Source of the DNA: Candidatus Sumerlaeota bacterium
GTDB lineage: Bacteria > Sumerlaeota > Sumerlaeia > MWCT01 > JAUWMI01
DNA length: 64,000 nucleotides
NCBI GenBank assembly: GCA_030613245.1
Contig: JAUWMI010000008.1
Location: forward strand, 27,831 to 91,830
Reading direction: 5' to 3'
This document shows positions 17,885 through 28,500 of this stretch, in pieces; positions within the stretch are counted from its first letter, which is position 1, and each line of letters starts with the position of its first letter. The translations under genes and the position numbers were made by a program. The notes under the pieces are model-generated. The model saw nothing but the letters and a program-made list of their open reading frames with translations. It was not told where the DNA came from and searched no databases.

Positions 17885-20800
17885 TCAGGGTACGTTGAGA
17901 GATTCGACAGCGACGGAATTGAGCATCAACGCGCCGTTTGAAGCATCCGCGGGGTCAAAGTTCAAGATGTCAAATGCCGCGAGAATGCTGTCTGCTTCTG
18001 TGCCGACCAGCGATTGTGGAGGATAGAAATAGAGGTCGTAGGTACGCCCCGAAGGGATCGGGCTCATCTCCGCGCTGGTAACAGAACTAACGACCTTCAC
18101 TATGCTTGACTGAAAATCTTCACTTGATGTGCGTAACCGAAGCTGTGGCACCTGTTCCTGAACCGTAACGTCCGTGCTCACGGTAAATCGCAGCCGATAG
18201 AGTTTGCCTGCCTCTGCCTGCACCAATTCCGAAGGCCCACTCCAGAAGCCAAAGGTGTTCGTATTGTTCTGCGCTGTGAGCCAAAGAGCGCCACTGGCAA
18301 TAGTGCTCGTGGGCGGAGTGAAAAAGATCGGCGCAGAGCCAAATTGCCAGCTCTCAGAATCCGTGTCGAAGATCCACGTCTTTAGCAAAGTCGGCGTGTC
18401 CAACGTTTCCAGAGGAATCGCATCCACAACCACTCTATCCAGCATCACTGAGCCATACGCAGCATCTGAAGGGTCAAAATTCAGAATATCAAATGACAGG
18501 ATCAAATCATCTTGATCCTCTGGCTTTCCCAACGCGCTCTCTGGCGGGATAAAATACATCTCGTACGTCCGTCCATCCGGAGTCGGCGAATATGAACCAT
18601 CCCCCGTACTACTCACCACCAAAATATCCGCCTGTTGAAGATTCTGGCTATTCACGCGCAGCTGCATATGTGGCACCGCAAGAAGATCCGTAACGTCTGT
18701 TACAACTGTCCAGCTCGCCCGATACAAGCAATCCGCTATCACCGGCACAGCATCCAGCTCGCTCGTCCAGAAGCCATACGTATTGGTATTATCCTGCGCA
18801 GTGAGTATAATGTGCCCTGGCAGATAATAACATTCTGGTGGTGTGAAGTACCTGGAAAGTGTAACCGAAGTCCATCCCTCCTCAGTCAGCTCAAAATCAT
18901 AATCCTGCACTGAGAACGGACCGAGAAATTCATCTGCACCAATGTCAAAGTCCGAGCCATCGCCACGCGGTTCACTGGTGCCATCCATAAGTCGCGGATC
19001 GCCTTCAAAGTCCTCAGTCAAGCCATCAATATAGCCCCCCGCATCTATACAGGGCGAGCTAGGCAACAAATGAAAATCGCCATTCAGTGGGTCAACGAAT
19101 TGTGGATCAGAGGAGATATTACCTTCGCCGCCCCCCGCCAAATCCTGAATGCAAGAATAAGAAGGTTTGACGCAATGGTAAAGTTGCGCTCCTGAAGGGG
19201 CAATATTTTGCCAGATAATACAGTTTCTTATGGCACGGCTGCAGAATTCAAGCCCGCCGCCATAATCACTGGCCAAGTTGCCGTGAATAGTATTATTCTG
19301 GATACTAGCGTAGCACCCATAAAGCCCACCCCCTGTTCGAGCTGAATTGGCCAAGATTAAGTTGTTCTGGATGGTACCGTCGCACTCATGGAGCCCACCG
19401 CCACGATAACCACAGGAGTTGCGAGAGATCACATTATATTGAATGATGCCGTCACAGTCCGTAAGCCCGCCGCCATAGTCCTGGGCTGAATTGTCCGAGA
19501 TTATATTATTCTGAATCGTGCCGTCACAACCGTAAAGCCCACCGGCACGATTATGAGCCGAATTGCCGTAGATAGTATTGTTCTGTATGGTTCCGCTGCA
19601 ATAGTAGAGTCCGCCGCCACTCCAGGAAGCCGAATTGCCCGAGATAACATTATTCTCAATCGTGCCATTGCAATTATAGAGCCCGCCGCCTTGAAGAGCC
19701 GTGTTGTTCAAAATTTTGTTATTCTCGATGCTAGTAAGCGCTCCATTGCCACATATTCCTCCACCAAGGTATCCTGAGCCATTGCGAATGGTGAACCCTT
19801 TAATCACGCTTGTCTTATTTTCCGTCCCGTGCAATAGGATAACCGTAAACACTGCACCCCCTTCAATTATAGTATTACTAACAACGCCATCATCGGAGGG
19901 ATTAGTACTTTGCAGAATTAGATTCTTTCCAAGAAAATTGAGGTTCTCATGATAGGTCCCAGGTGACACAGTTGCTACTTCTGAGGGGAAAGCCAGGAAT
20001 ATACCCTGTTGAATGGATGCATATTCAGCACCTACGGATATTCCTGAAGGTGTATTGTAGAGAGCGGGGTCAGTTCCGCGAAGTATTTCTACACCATCTT
20101 TTAGACCGTCCCGATCGCTGTCTGAATTGCTAGGATCGCTATTGTAAACAGCTTCTTCGATATCCGCCAATAGGTCGCCATCAAAATCCAGGGAGCTACC
20201 ATACTCATCACTTCCAATATCAACTGAGTTTCCTGCTAATCGGCATCCCCCATCTATATCTGCAATATACTCACCGAAGAAGTAATACGTATTCCCGGCA
20301 TCAATACAGGGAGAACCGGACTGAAGATGATAATCTCCATTCCACGGGTCAACAAATTTGGGGTCATCTGATATGTTGCCCCTGCCCCCCTGGGTCCAAT
20401 CTTGAATGCATGAATAAAAAGGGGTGCTTGAGTCATAGACCTGACTGCCATCAGGAGCAGAGTTTCCCCAGATGATGCAGTTAATGATAAATCCCTTGCA
20501 ACGATCCAGGCCTCCGCCTCCATCCCCAGCGGAGTTTTCTATAATGGTATTGTTTTGAATGGTGTCATTGCAGTCATAGAGGCCGCCACCATGATTTCTG
20601 GCCCAATTCCCAGAAATGGTATTATTCCGGATAGTGCCACCGCACTTAGCGAGTCCGCCACCTGCACTGAATTCTTGCCCAATAGCCGAGTTGCCCGAGA
20701 TGACATTGTTCTGTATAGTCCCATCGCAATAGGAGAGTCCACCACCATAACCATTATAGCGCCCGCCGTCTGCAATATTGCGCGAGATAATATTGTTCTG

Positions 20801-22693
20801 AATAATGCCATCGCACCCACGCAGCCCGCCACCATAGGCGGCAGTATTACCAATGATTATATTATTTCTTATGATACCTGCGCAGCCAGCTAGTCCGCCG
20901 GCCAAGTTACCTGACACAGTATTTTTCTCAATGATGCCGTTGCATCGCGATACCCCGACGCTCTGGTTGTCCAAGATTTGGCTATTCCTTATTGCTAGCA
21001 GTGCGCCGTTGCCATGAATTCCGGCCCCCTGCAGTCCACCTCCGTTACGAATAGTTAGACCCTCAACTTCGCAGCGTTCATCTTCCGTGCCTTCAAAAAA
21101 TATCACAGAGAAACATCCGGCCCCATCGATTGTCGTAGAACTCACCATATCATCATCCAGCGGATCGGTACTCTGCAGCGTCAGATTTTTTCCTAGGAAA
21201 CGGAGATTTTCATAATATGTACCTGGTGACACGGTGATTACTTCCAAAGGAAAGGCCATAAATATTCCCTGCTGAATGATAGCATAGTGAGCAGGGATAA
21301 AGATTCCTGAAGGCCCATTATAAACTGTAGGATCGGTGCCCCGAAGCACCTCCACACCATCCTTTAAACCATCTAAATCAGTGTCGGTATTATCGGGATC
21401 GCTCCCTTGATTGAACTCATCTTCATCTGATAAAAGGTCACCATCACTGTCCGAGGAACTGGCGTATTCATCACTTCCCATGTCTAGTGAACTTCCTTCT
21501 ACCCGGCATTCTCCGTCTATATCTACCAGGTAATCTCCACAAAGATAATACGTATTCCCGGCATCGATACAAGGAGAGTCAGGCTGCAGATGAAAATTGC
21601 CATTATCCGGATCAACAAATCTCGGATCAGCTGAGATATTGCCTCTACCACCACCGATCCAATCCTGAATGCAGCTATAGAGTGGGGTGCTGCAATCAAA
21701 AAGCTGGCTCGCCTCGAAGCCTGAGTTTCCCCAGATGATACAATTAATAATAAATCCCGTGCAAGAGTCCAGCCCTGCGCCACGCCCCCCTCTATTGCCG
21801 GCGATGGTATTGCTTTGAATGGTACCATCGCACCCATAAAGTCCACCTCCAAAAGCATAAGCCTCATTGGAGCAAATAGCATTGTTCTGAATGTTACCGC
21901 TGCAATAGTAGAGTCCTCCGCCGATACCATAGGCCGCTACATTGCCTGAGATGATATTGTTCCGAATTGTTCCATTGCAATTTGAGAGGCCACCCCCATC
22001 ACGGCCAGAATTATTACCTGAGATCGTATTATTGCAGATGGTGCCGTCGCAACCATGGAGTCCGCCGCCTCCGCCAGCACGGTTGCCCGAGATATTGTTG
22101 TTTTCGATTCTTCCATCACAATCGTAGAGTCCGCCGCCTTGAGAGCCAGCACTGTTCCCTGAGATGCTGTTGTTTTTGATTGTTCCATCACAATCGTGGA
22201 GTCCTCCGCCAGAACCAATACCGGATTTATACCAGTAATAAGCACTATTTGCCGTAATATTACTATTCTGGATAGTTGCTCTGGTACCATTGCCATAGAT
22301 ACCGCCGCCTTCGTAATAAACACGACCATTGGTAATGGTAAAGCCGGAGAGAATACAGCTTGGAGATTCCGTGCCGGCAAAAGTAACCACGGTGTCCGTG
22401 CTTCTCCCATCAATGATGGTGCTGGCGACTATGGTTGGACTAGTGGGATCAGTCGAGCGCAGGATGATGTTTTTGCCGCCAAAGTAGATGTTCTCATAAT
22501 AAGTGCCAGGCGAGACGATGATTTCGTCACCGTCATTGGCGGCATCAATCGCCCCCTGAATTGTAGAATAATCACCAGGAACGGTAATCACCGCGGCATG
22601 GGATAGTAGGCAAAACGGAGAAATGAGAAAAAATAAAAAGAAAGCCAAGACCTTTAATCTACAAGTCAGGCTATTGGCGCCAATCCTTTTCAT
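17885..22693 (-). CDS. Giant secreted right-handed parallel beta-helix (pectate-lyase-fold) repeat protein with Ca-binding linkers and duplicated C-terminal domains
   Basis: 1602 aa. Signal peptide MKRIGANSLTCRLKVLAFFLFFLISPFCLLSHA. Three about 400-aa modules each starting VSPGTYYENL/VSPGTYHENL. Many PbH1-type repeats (GGGLYDCDGTIQNN, ISGNSA). Each module ends CIIWGNS...SCIQDW..GGRGNIS.DP.FVDP.NG.FHLQ..SPCIDAGN. Modules are linked by D-rich EF-hand/TSP3-like loops (DTDLDGLKDGVEVL). Two about 200-aa C-terminal repeats (FTPP...LTAQ[DN]NTNT[YF]GFW). Confidence 0.85.
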   Translation of the reverse strand: MKRIGANSLTCRLKVLAFFLFFLISPFCLLSHAAVITVPGDYSTIQGAIDAANDGDEIIVSPGTYYENIYFGGKNIILRSTDPTSPTIVASTIIDGRSTDTVVTFAGTESPSCILSGFTITNGRVYYEGGGIYGNGTRATIQNSNITANSAYYWYKSGIGSGGGLHDCDGTIKNNSISGNSAGSQGGGLYDCDGRIENNNISGNRAGGGGGLHGCDGTICNNTISGNNSGRDGGGLSNCNGTIRNNIISGNVAAYGIGGGLYYCSGNIQNNAICSNEAYAFGGGLYGCDGTIQSNTIAGNRGGRGAGLDSCTGFIINCIIWGNSGFEASQLFDCSTPLYSCIQDWIGGGRGNISADPRFVDPDNGNFHLQPDSPCIDAGNTYYLCGDYLVDIDGECRVEGSSLDMGSDEYASSSDSDGDLLSDEDEFNQGSDPDNTDTDLDGLKDGVEVLRGTDPTVYNGPSGIFIPAHYAIIQQGIFMAFPLEVITVSPGTYYENLRFLGKNLTLQSTDPLDDDMVSSTTIDGAGCFSVIFFEGTEDERCEVEGLTIRNGGGLQGAGIHGNGALLAIRNSQILDNQSVGVSRCNGIIEKNTVSGNLAGGLAGCAGIIRNNIIIGNTAAYGGGLRGCDGIIQNNIISRNIADGGRYNGYGGGLSYCDGTIQNNVISGNSAIGQEFSAGGGLAKCGGTIRNNTISGNWARNHGGGLYDCNDTIQNNTIIENSAGDGGGGLDRCKGFIINCIIWGNSAPDGSQVYDSSTPFYSCIQDWTQGGRGNISDDPKFVDPWNGDYHLQSGSPCIDAGNTYYFFGEYIADIDGGCRLAGNSVDIGSDEYGSSLDFDGDLLADIEEAVYNSDPSNSDSDRDGLKDGVEILRGTDPALYNTPSGISVGAEYASIQQGIFLAFPSEVATVSPGTYHENLNFLGKNLILQSTNPSDDGVVSNTIIEGGAVFTVILLHGTENKTSVIKGFTIRNGSGYLGGGICGNGALTSIENNKILNNTALQGGGLYNCNGTIENNVISGNSASWSGGGLYYCSGTIQNNTIYGNSAHNRAGGLYGCDGTIQNNIISDNSAQDYGGGLTDCDGIIQYNVISRNSCGYRGGGLHECDGTIQNNLILANSARTGGGLYGCYASIQNNTIHGNLASDYGGGLEFCSRAIRNCIIWQNIAPSGAQLYHCVKPSYSCIQDLAGGGEGNISSDPQFVDPLNGDFHLLPSSPCIDAGGYIDGLTEDFEGDPRLMDGTSEPRGDGSDFDIGADEFLGPFSVQDYDFELTEEGWTSVTLSRYFTPPECYYLPGHIILTAQDNTNTYGFWTSELDAVPVIADCLYRASWTVVTDVTDLLAVPHMQLRVNSQNLQQADILVVSSTGDGSYSPTPDGRTYEMYFIPPESALGKPEDQDDLILSFDILNFDPSDAAYGSVMLDRVVVDAIPLETLDTPTLLKTWIFDTDSESWQFGSAPIFFTPPTSTIASGALWLTAQNNTNTFGFWSGPSELVQAEAGKLYRLRFTVSTDVTVQEQVPQLRLRTSSEDFQSSIVKVVSSVTSAEMSPIPSGRTYDLYFYPPQSLVGTEADSILAAFDILNFDPADASNGALMLNSVAVESLNVP

Positions 22694-23079
22694 AACCTAA
22701 TGCTCATAAAAAGATTTTGGGAAGGTGCTGATTACAAACATTACTGCCATTTTCGGTGATTTATTGCAATAGAAATTTGTTTGAATATGACTATGCGAAG
22801 AGTCTCCATGGCACGTGTATTAAGAGGGGCTATTAATGCATGCAACGCACCTTAACCACTACGACACAACGTACAGGATAGAACAATTAAACATAATCAT
22901 GGCACTGTATTACTTATTGAAGTCTCACGCAAAGCCGCAAAGTCGCAGAGAGAATAAAAAACTTTGCGTTCTTGGCGCCTTTGCGAGAGATTTAAAATGT
23001 GTAAGTTCTATAGCAGTCTTATTTTTTATGAATTGCAAACGTTGTGCGCGTTGTGTCGTTGTGGTTTGATATTTATTTC

Positions 23080-25437
23080 TTATTTGTTCTTAGTCTTGCG
23101 AAGCCATTTTTGAATACGGGTTGGGCTGGTTCCTCCCATCTGGACAATGTAAATGGCTGAGCCATCAGGAGCAAAACCGACTCCGCGCGGAGCCAAAAAT
23201 GGATGCTGTCTGTCGTACACATAGCCGAGAATTTGTTCGTCCGGGCTATAGATTTCGATTGCGCACAGACTTTCATTCGACAGGTAGAGATTCCCAGCAG
23301 CATCCACGTCCACGGCACCAATAACATCGCGCCGGAATGTCAGATCATCCACCTTCTGATATCTCGCAACGCCATTCTCGATGCTGCCAACATAGTGATG
23401 GGCAGCCTTATCAGCGCGACACGCAATGTAGACGTGCCGGCCATCCGGGCTAACGCCTAGTCCCCGGTTAATGTGCGATCCCTTTGCGCCGCCCACAAAT
23501 GGGCTGCCTATGAGCTCCTTACCATCCTTCGTGAAGACGTGCCAGCGATCACGGGTTACTTCCGTGATGAAGAGATGATCGTTCTGGTCAAAGTCAAGGT
23601 CCCCGTTTGCGAACGTCGTGTAGAAGCCGCCGAGGGGTTTGCCGTCTGAGGATGCGAACGCGCAAATTGTATAACTTGTGGCATTGGCAGCCACGTACAC
23701 CACACCGGTCGAGTCAATTGCTATACCTGACGGCCGGTAGATCTCCACCGTCTTTCCCTCGTTGTCGCGGCCGCTCGTGATAGGGGAGAAGGGACATTCT
23801 CTGCCGTCGGGGTAGAGCACCCGTACGTTGTCACCCCACCAGGAGCAAATCCAGAGCTTTCCCTCAGAGTCAACCTCCATATACTCGGGTGCATCTATGA
23901 GTGGCCCGATCTCGCTCTCAAACACATAGAGATCCTCAGGCGGATTGATAATGAATTCCGTGAGCTGGCTATAGCCCACTGCGCGATCCGTGCAATCGCC
24001 ATTATCACAGTCATCGTCCCAGGCATAAATGCGGCACACAAAATTCGACCGCAGCGGTTGGGGCGGAATTGCCGTAACCGTAATGTATTCATTTTGCGTC
24101 CCATCCTTCTTCGTCATGGCAAGCATTGTACCTCCTGCCAGATCACCATCATTGTCCCAGATAAGAAAGGGGCTCTGTCCAAGTTCAGGCGATTGCGCTA
24201 CGCCGGAGGGGTCGGTAATCCGGCACTGGATGTGGAACTGCTGGCCAGTGCGGGGTTTCTCGGGCATAGGGGAGAGGTGGGAGATATATGGGCCAGTGAC
24301 GTCGTCATCAACGGACGACTTCCAGGGCATTGATGGGGCCGTAGCGGGCTCCGTATACAGGATTTTCTTTAGCATTTTAACCTTGTCGCTCGGTTTATGC
24401 CGCGGGAACAGTCCTCGATAGGGGAAGAAGGTATTGCCGAGTCCGCCGAGCTGGCGCGTAATACGCACTTCGCCCAGTAGCGGTTCGAGTTCCGCTGTAC
24501 TGAGCCCCGGATAGATGTGACGGTTATGGTAGTTGGCAAACTGATCCTCCGCCAGGATGCGAAAGCCCTGCACATCGGTCGTGTAGCCGATCGGGCAGAT
24601 GAAATCAATAATGCCTCTGGCCAGCGATCCGTGTGCATCCTGGAGAAACTCATTGTAGCCTTCGCGAAAGTCCCACCACACTGCTGCCGATACTTTCACG
24701 TGGGGTTTCTTTTGTTGAATGGCATCGTACGTACGGGCAAGGAGTGCGGTGATCGCATCGCGCCGAAAATCAATCCACTCCGCTGGGTATTCGGACGGTG
24801 TACCTCCAGTGAGTTTCTTAAACTCTGCGAGCGAAATTGGATCATAGGAGTACCCAAATCCGGGGTAGCGTATATAGTCAAAATGCAGCCCATCTACATC
24901 ATAGTTTTCTATTACTTCCATGTATACCTGAAACAGGTGATCCTGCACCGCCGGGATAGTGGGGGAGAGCGAGCAATAGGCTCGTGTTGGATCCTCATAA
25001 TTCCCCTCCTCGTCAACAGAGAACCACTCGCGGCGGCTGTTCCAGAGCTGGCGGAGGTCGGGATGTGGCGTCTTGCCACGCCACGCAGGATAGACATTGA
25101 TCCAGGGGTGGAGTTCCAGCTGGTGCTTGTGCGCTTCTTCAACTGCAACTCGTAAGGGGTCCCAGCCCGGGTCCTTGCCATCAAAGGCCACAGCCCAGGG
25201 CTCTAGGCGCGATGGGTAATAGACTGTCCCATTGCCGCGAATCTGAAAGAGAATGATGTTAAAATTATAGTCCGCGGCATTTTGCATAATACGCTTTACA
25301 TCCTCAGGCGATTTATAGCTATCGCGGATAACCCAGAGCACGCGAGCTTCTTCCGTTTTCGCCACTGCTGCAAAGCAAAGCAAAAAAAGCAATCCTACGG
25401 CAACGGTGGAAACAAATCGGGCTTTACTGGCATACAT
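23080..25437 (-). CDS. Glycoside-hydrolase-like GHL10 (DUF187/YngK-like) lipoprotein fused to C-terminal NHL-repeat beta-propeller
   Basis: Signal peptide MYASKARFVSTVAVGLLFLLCFAAVA. GGAG 7 nt before the ATG at 25437. VIRDSY...NFNIILFQIRGNGTVYY TIM-barrel-like N-region. C-terminal repeats YVFESEIG / VYVAANATS / LYLSNES resemble NHL blades. Confidence 0.65.
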   Translation of the reverse strand: MYASKARFVSTVAVGLLFLLCFAAVAKTEEARVLWVIRDSYKSPEDVKRIMQNAADYNFNIILFQIRGNGTVYYPSRLEPWAVAFDGKDPGWDPLRVAVEEAHKHQLELHPWINVYPAWRGKTPHPDLRQLWNSRREWFSVDEEGNYEDPTRAYCSLSPTIPAVQDHLFQVYMEVIENYDVDGLHFDYIRYPGFGYSYDPISLAEFKKLTGGTPSEYPAEWIDFRRDAITALLARTYDAIQQKKPHVKVSAAVWWDFREGYNEFLQDAHGSLARGIIDFICPIGYTTDVQGFRILAEDQFANYHNRHIYPGLSTAELEPLLGEVRITRQLGGLGNTFFPYRGLFPRHKPSDKVKMLKKILYTEPATAPSMPWKSSVDDDVTGPYISHLSPMPEKPRTGQQFHIQCRITDPSGVAQSPELGQSPFLIWDNDGDLAGGTMLAMTKKDGTQNEYITVTAIPPQPLRSNFVCRIYAWDDDCDNGDCTDRAVGYSQLTEFIINPPEDLYVFESEIGPLIDAPEYMEVDSEGKLWICSWWGDNVRVLYPDGRECPFSPITSGRDNEGKTVEIYRPSGIAIDSTGVVYVAANATSYTICAFASSDGKPLGGFYTTFANGDLDFDQNDHLFITEVTRDRWHVFTKDGKELIGSPFVGGAKGSHINRGLGVSPDGRHVYIACRADKAAHHYVGSIENGVARYQKVDDLTFRRDVIGAVDVDAAGNLYLSNESLCAIEIYSPDEQILGYVYDRQHPFLAPRGVGFAPDGSAIYIVQMGGTSPTRIQKWLRKTKNK

Positions 25438-25544
25438 GATTTTCTCCTTTCCTGGACAAGGCGATTCAGTTCTTCCGTGGTATTGCATGCAAAAAGGTCA
25501 GAGAAAAATCAACACCTTTTCGATACCTATTCGATGTGCGCCGT

Positions 25545-28500
25545 TTACGTTACGTACTTGTCGAATAGCTCACGCACAGAGCGCGTGGTGCGGAGAAATG
25601 TGTCGGTGAGGGATTCGGAGGTAGCGAGCGCGTGGCGCAGCGACTTTTCCAAAGGTTCTAATCGGGCCGTGGATTTTGGAAAGATATCTTTTGGCGTCTC
25701 GAACATCAGTCGCACGCGGCCTTCTACGGCACGTAAGAATTGATAAGCACTGGTGAGAAAATCAGAATCGGTTTCGGATATTAGATCAAGATCCTTCAAT
25801 CTGTCCATCGCATCCAGTGTGTTCGCCACCCAGAGCTCAGGATGATTGGAACAGTGTTTGAGCTGAAGGTATTGAACCAAAAACTCAATGTCCACAAGTC
25901 CCCCTTTGCCGCGCTTAAAATCCGCAATACCCCAGGAAGGAACTCGCACACTCTCTTCCAGACGCCTGCGCATATTGCGAATTTCCGCGGCCAGATCAGT
26001 ATCACGAACAGCTCTCTGGATGTGCTGTTGGATGCCGCCAATGATATGTTGCGCCACTTTATGGTTTGCGCCGATAGGGCGGGATCTGAGAAATGATTGC
26101 CATTCCCAGACACGGGCTGTTTCGTGGTAGTAATCCATAAGCCGTTTGCGCGTGACCACCAATGGGGATCCAGCTCCTTCTGGCCGCAATTGTGTATCAA
26201 TTTTAAATAGCATCCCCTCAGGGGTAATGGCGGACATGGTTGAAACGAATTTCTCCACGATAGAAGTCATGCGGGCCACCGCATCTTTTGGAGCATTGTC
26301 GGGCTCATCGTAAACAAAGACCAGATCCAGATCAGAGAAGTAGGTAATTTCTTCGGCGCCGAATCCGCCCATAGCCATTATGCAAAGAGGTGCATTGGGA
26401 TCGAATGGCCTGATGAGGGCGTCGTTGTGCTGAGAATCCGTGAGGTGCGAAATAAGCAAGTTCCAGGTAGCGTTCACGCAAGCTTCTGCGAGGGCGGTAA
26501 TTTCGCGAGCCAGAGCGCGCTGCGAAGGTCTCTCAACGAGGTCTTTCGTCCCAATTCGCAGGAGCCAGAGCTCTTTTTCCCGGCGAAGTCTCTTCAGGTT
26601 CTCTTCAAGCGACTGATCCGTGTCAAGCCGCGAAAAAAACTGCTCTGTTGCCCTTTGCGCATTGAGTAGCAGTGTCGGATCTTCGGGAGAAAGCAGCGTA
26701 TCCAGATATTCCGGGTGCGCAATGAGGATACGCGCCAGATAATCGCTTGTGCCAAGTACGGTGAGCAGCAGCTCAAGGATTGTTGGTTGTTCAGCCAGAA
26801 GCTGGTAGTACCCGGTCATGTTTTTAGCTGCGCGCAGAAGGCTGTCGAGGTTTCGAACCGCAGAATCGGGGAAAGGTAGCGTCTGGCACAGAGCCAGAAG
26901 CCGAGGAAACAGCGCGGCAAAGAACTGCTGTCCTTCTGCCGTGACATACATATCTCTTGTTCCATACACCATCCTGCGGAGGCTGTTGAATGTAGAGTCT
27001 TCGTGAAAGCCAAATTGTCTCAGCAGCCGTCGCCCTTCCGATGTGAGAGAGTCGGCTTCCAGGTGTGTGAAAAGCCGTTCTTCATCTGTTCGTTCAGGAT
27101 CAGCGGCCTCGGCGTGAAGGTATTTCTGGAAGAGCGTGTGCACTTCGTTGGTGATTCGGCCGTACTTATGCCTGAATGAATCTGCGAGAGTCGCGGTACG
27201 TGTTTTTTTCATCGCAAGTCGCAGGGCCAAATTGCGAAGCTCATGGTCGGCTGTTGGAAGAAGATGCGTCTGGCGATCAGACATAATCTGAAGCCGGTGT
27301 TCCACGGTTCGAAGAAATCTATAGGCGCGGTCAAGAATCCTGTGTTCGCTCCGGGAAAGAATGTTCAGGCGTTGGAGCTCGTCCAGGGCGTCGCGGGTGG
27401 CTCTCGTACGCAGCGATGGTTTTTCGTGGCCGTACACGAGTTGAAGTGCCACCGTGAGAAATTCGATCTCCCTGATACCCCCATAGCCTCGCTTAACCTC
27501 GCGATGTCGGGTCGCCGGAACCAGCACTTCGTGATCAATACGCTCCTTCAGGCCGCGTACTTCGGCAACCAGAGACTGCGGGGAAACAAGCGGGTCGAAG
27601 GTGAACTGCTCGATCATCCGCTCAAGGCGTTGTCCCAGACCAGTGTCGCCTGCCACTACGCGCGCTTTCAGGTAGGCCAGTTTTTCCCACAACCTCGCCT
27701 GAGTCAGAAAGTACGTTTGGAAACTCTCAACCGACTGTGTGATCAGCCCTGTGACACCTTCGGGGCGAAGCCGCGTGTCTACCCGATACAGGCGACCTTC
27801 AGGCGTTGCCTCACTCAGGAATGCAATAAGCTGTTCACAGAGTTTGGTGAAAAACTTGTGATTTGAAATTACTCCCTTTGGCTGCTCGCCATTGGAAGCA
27901 ATGCCGGCGGTTTCTCCCTCATCCTCGTAAAAAAATATCAGATCAACGTCAGAGGAATAGTTCAGCTCTTGCCCGCCCAATTTCCCCATAGCTACCACGC
28001 AGAACTGACACTCGCGCTTGTCCTCTCCGGGTGAAGTAAGAAGCGGCGGGCCATGATGAGAAACTAGCGCCTCGTAGCAGATTGTAAGTGCGGTCTGAAT
28101 GACTGCGCTAGCCAGGTGGGAAAGTTCGCGCGTGACCTGATGAATATCTGCCAGCTCAAGCAGATCGCGTGTCCCGATGCGCAGCATCTCTTTTCGTCTC
28201 AGGCGGCACAGGGTATTTCGTTTAGCCTCAACAGAGCGGAAGATGCGGATTGCAGACGAGACGTCGCGCGCATACTCTGCTTCATCTCTGTCCTTCTCCA
28301 GCGTATCTTTTTGTAAGATCCATTCGAGATACTCTGGATTACGAATAAGCACGTCAGCAAGAAACTGGGAGAACGCGAAAATCTTAACAAGCAATTGTAC
28401 CGCCACAGGAGAGCCACGCAGGAGAATGAACAGGGAATATCGGTCAATCGTTGTGTTCGCAAGGCGCTCCAAGTTATTTAGAGCCATATCCGGATCGGCA

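Noticed and set aside
19553-22606. Numerous 60-160-aa ORFs on both strands inside the giant beta-helix gene (for example 21937-22413, 21523-21930, 20555-20893)
   Set aside because: They are shadow ORFs produced by the repetitive, codon-biased beta-helix coding sequence. They repeat with the same periodicity as the host gene's modules and lack start signals.
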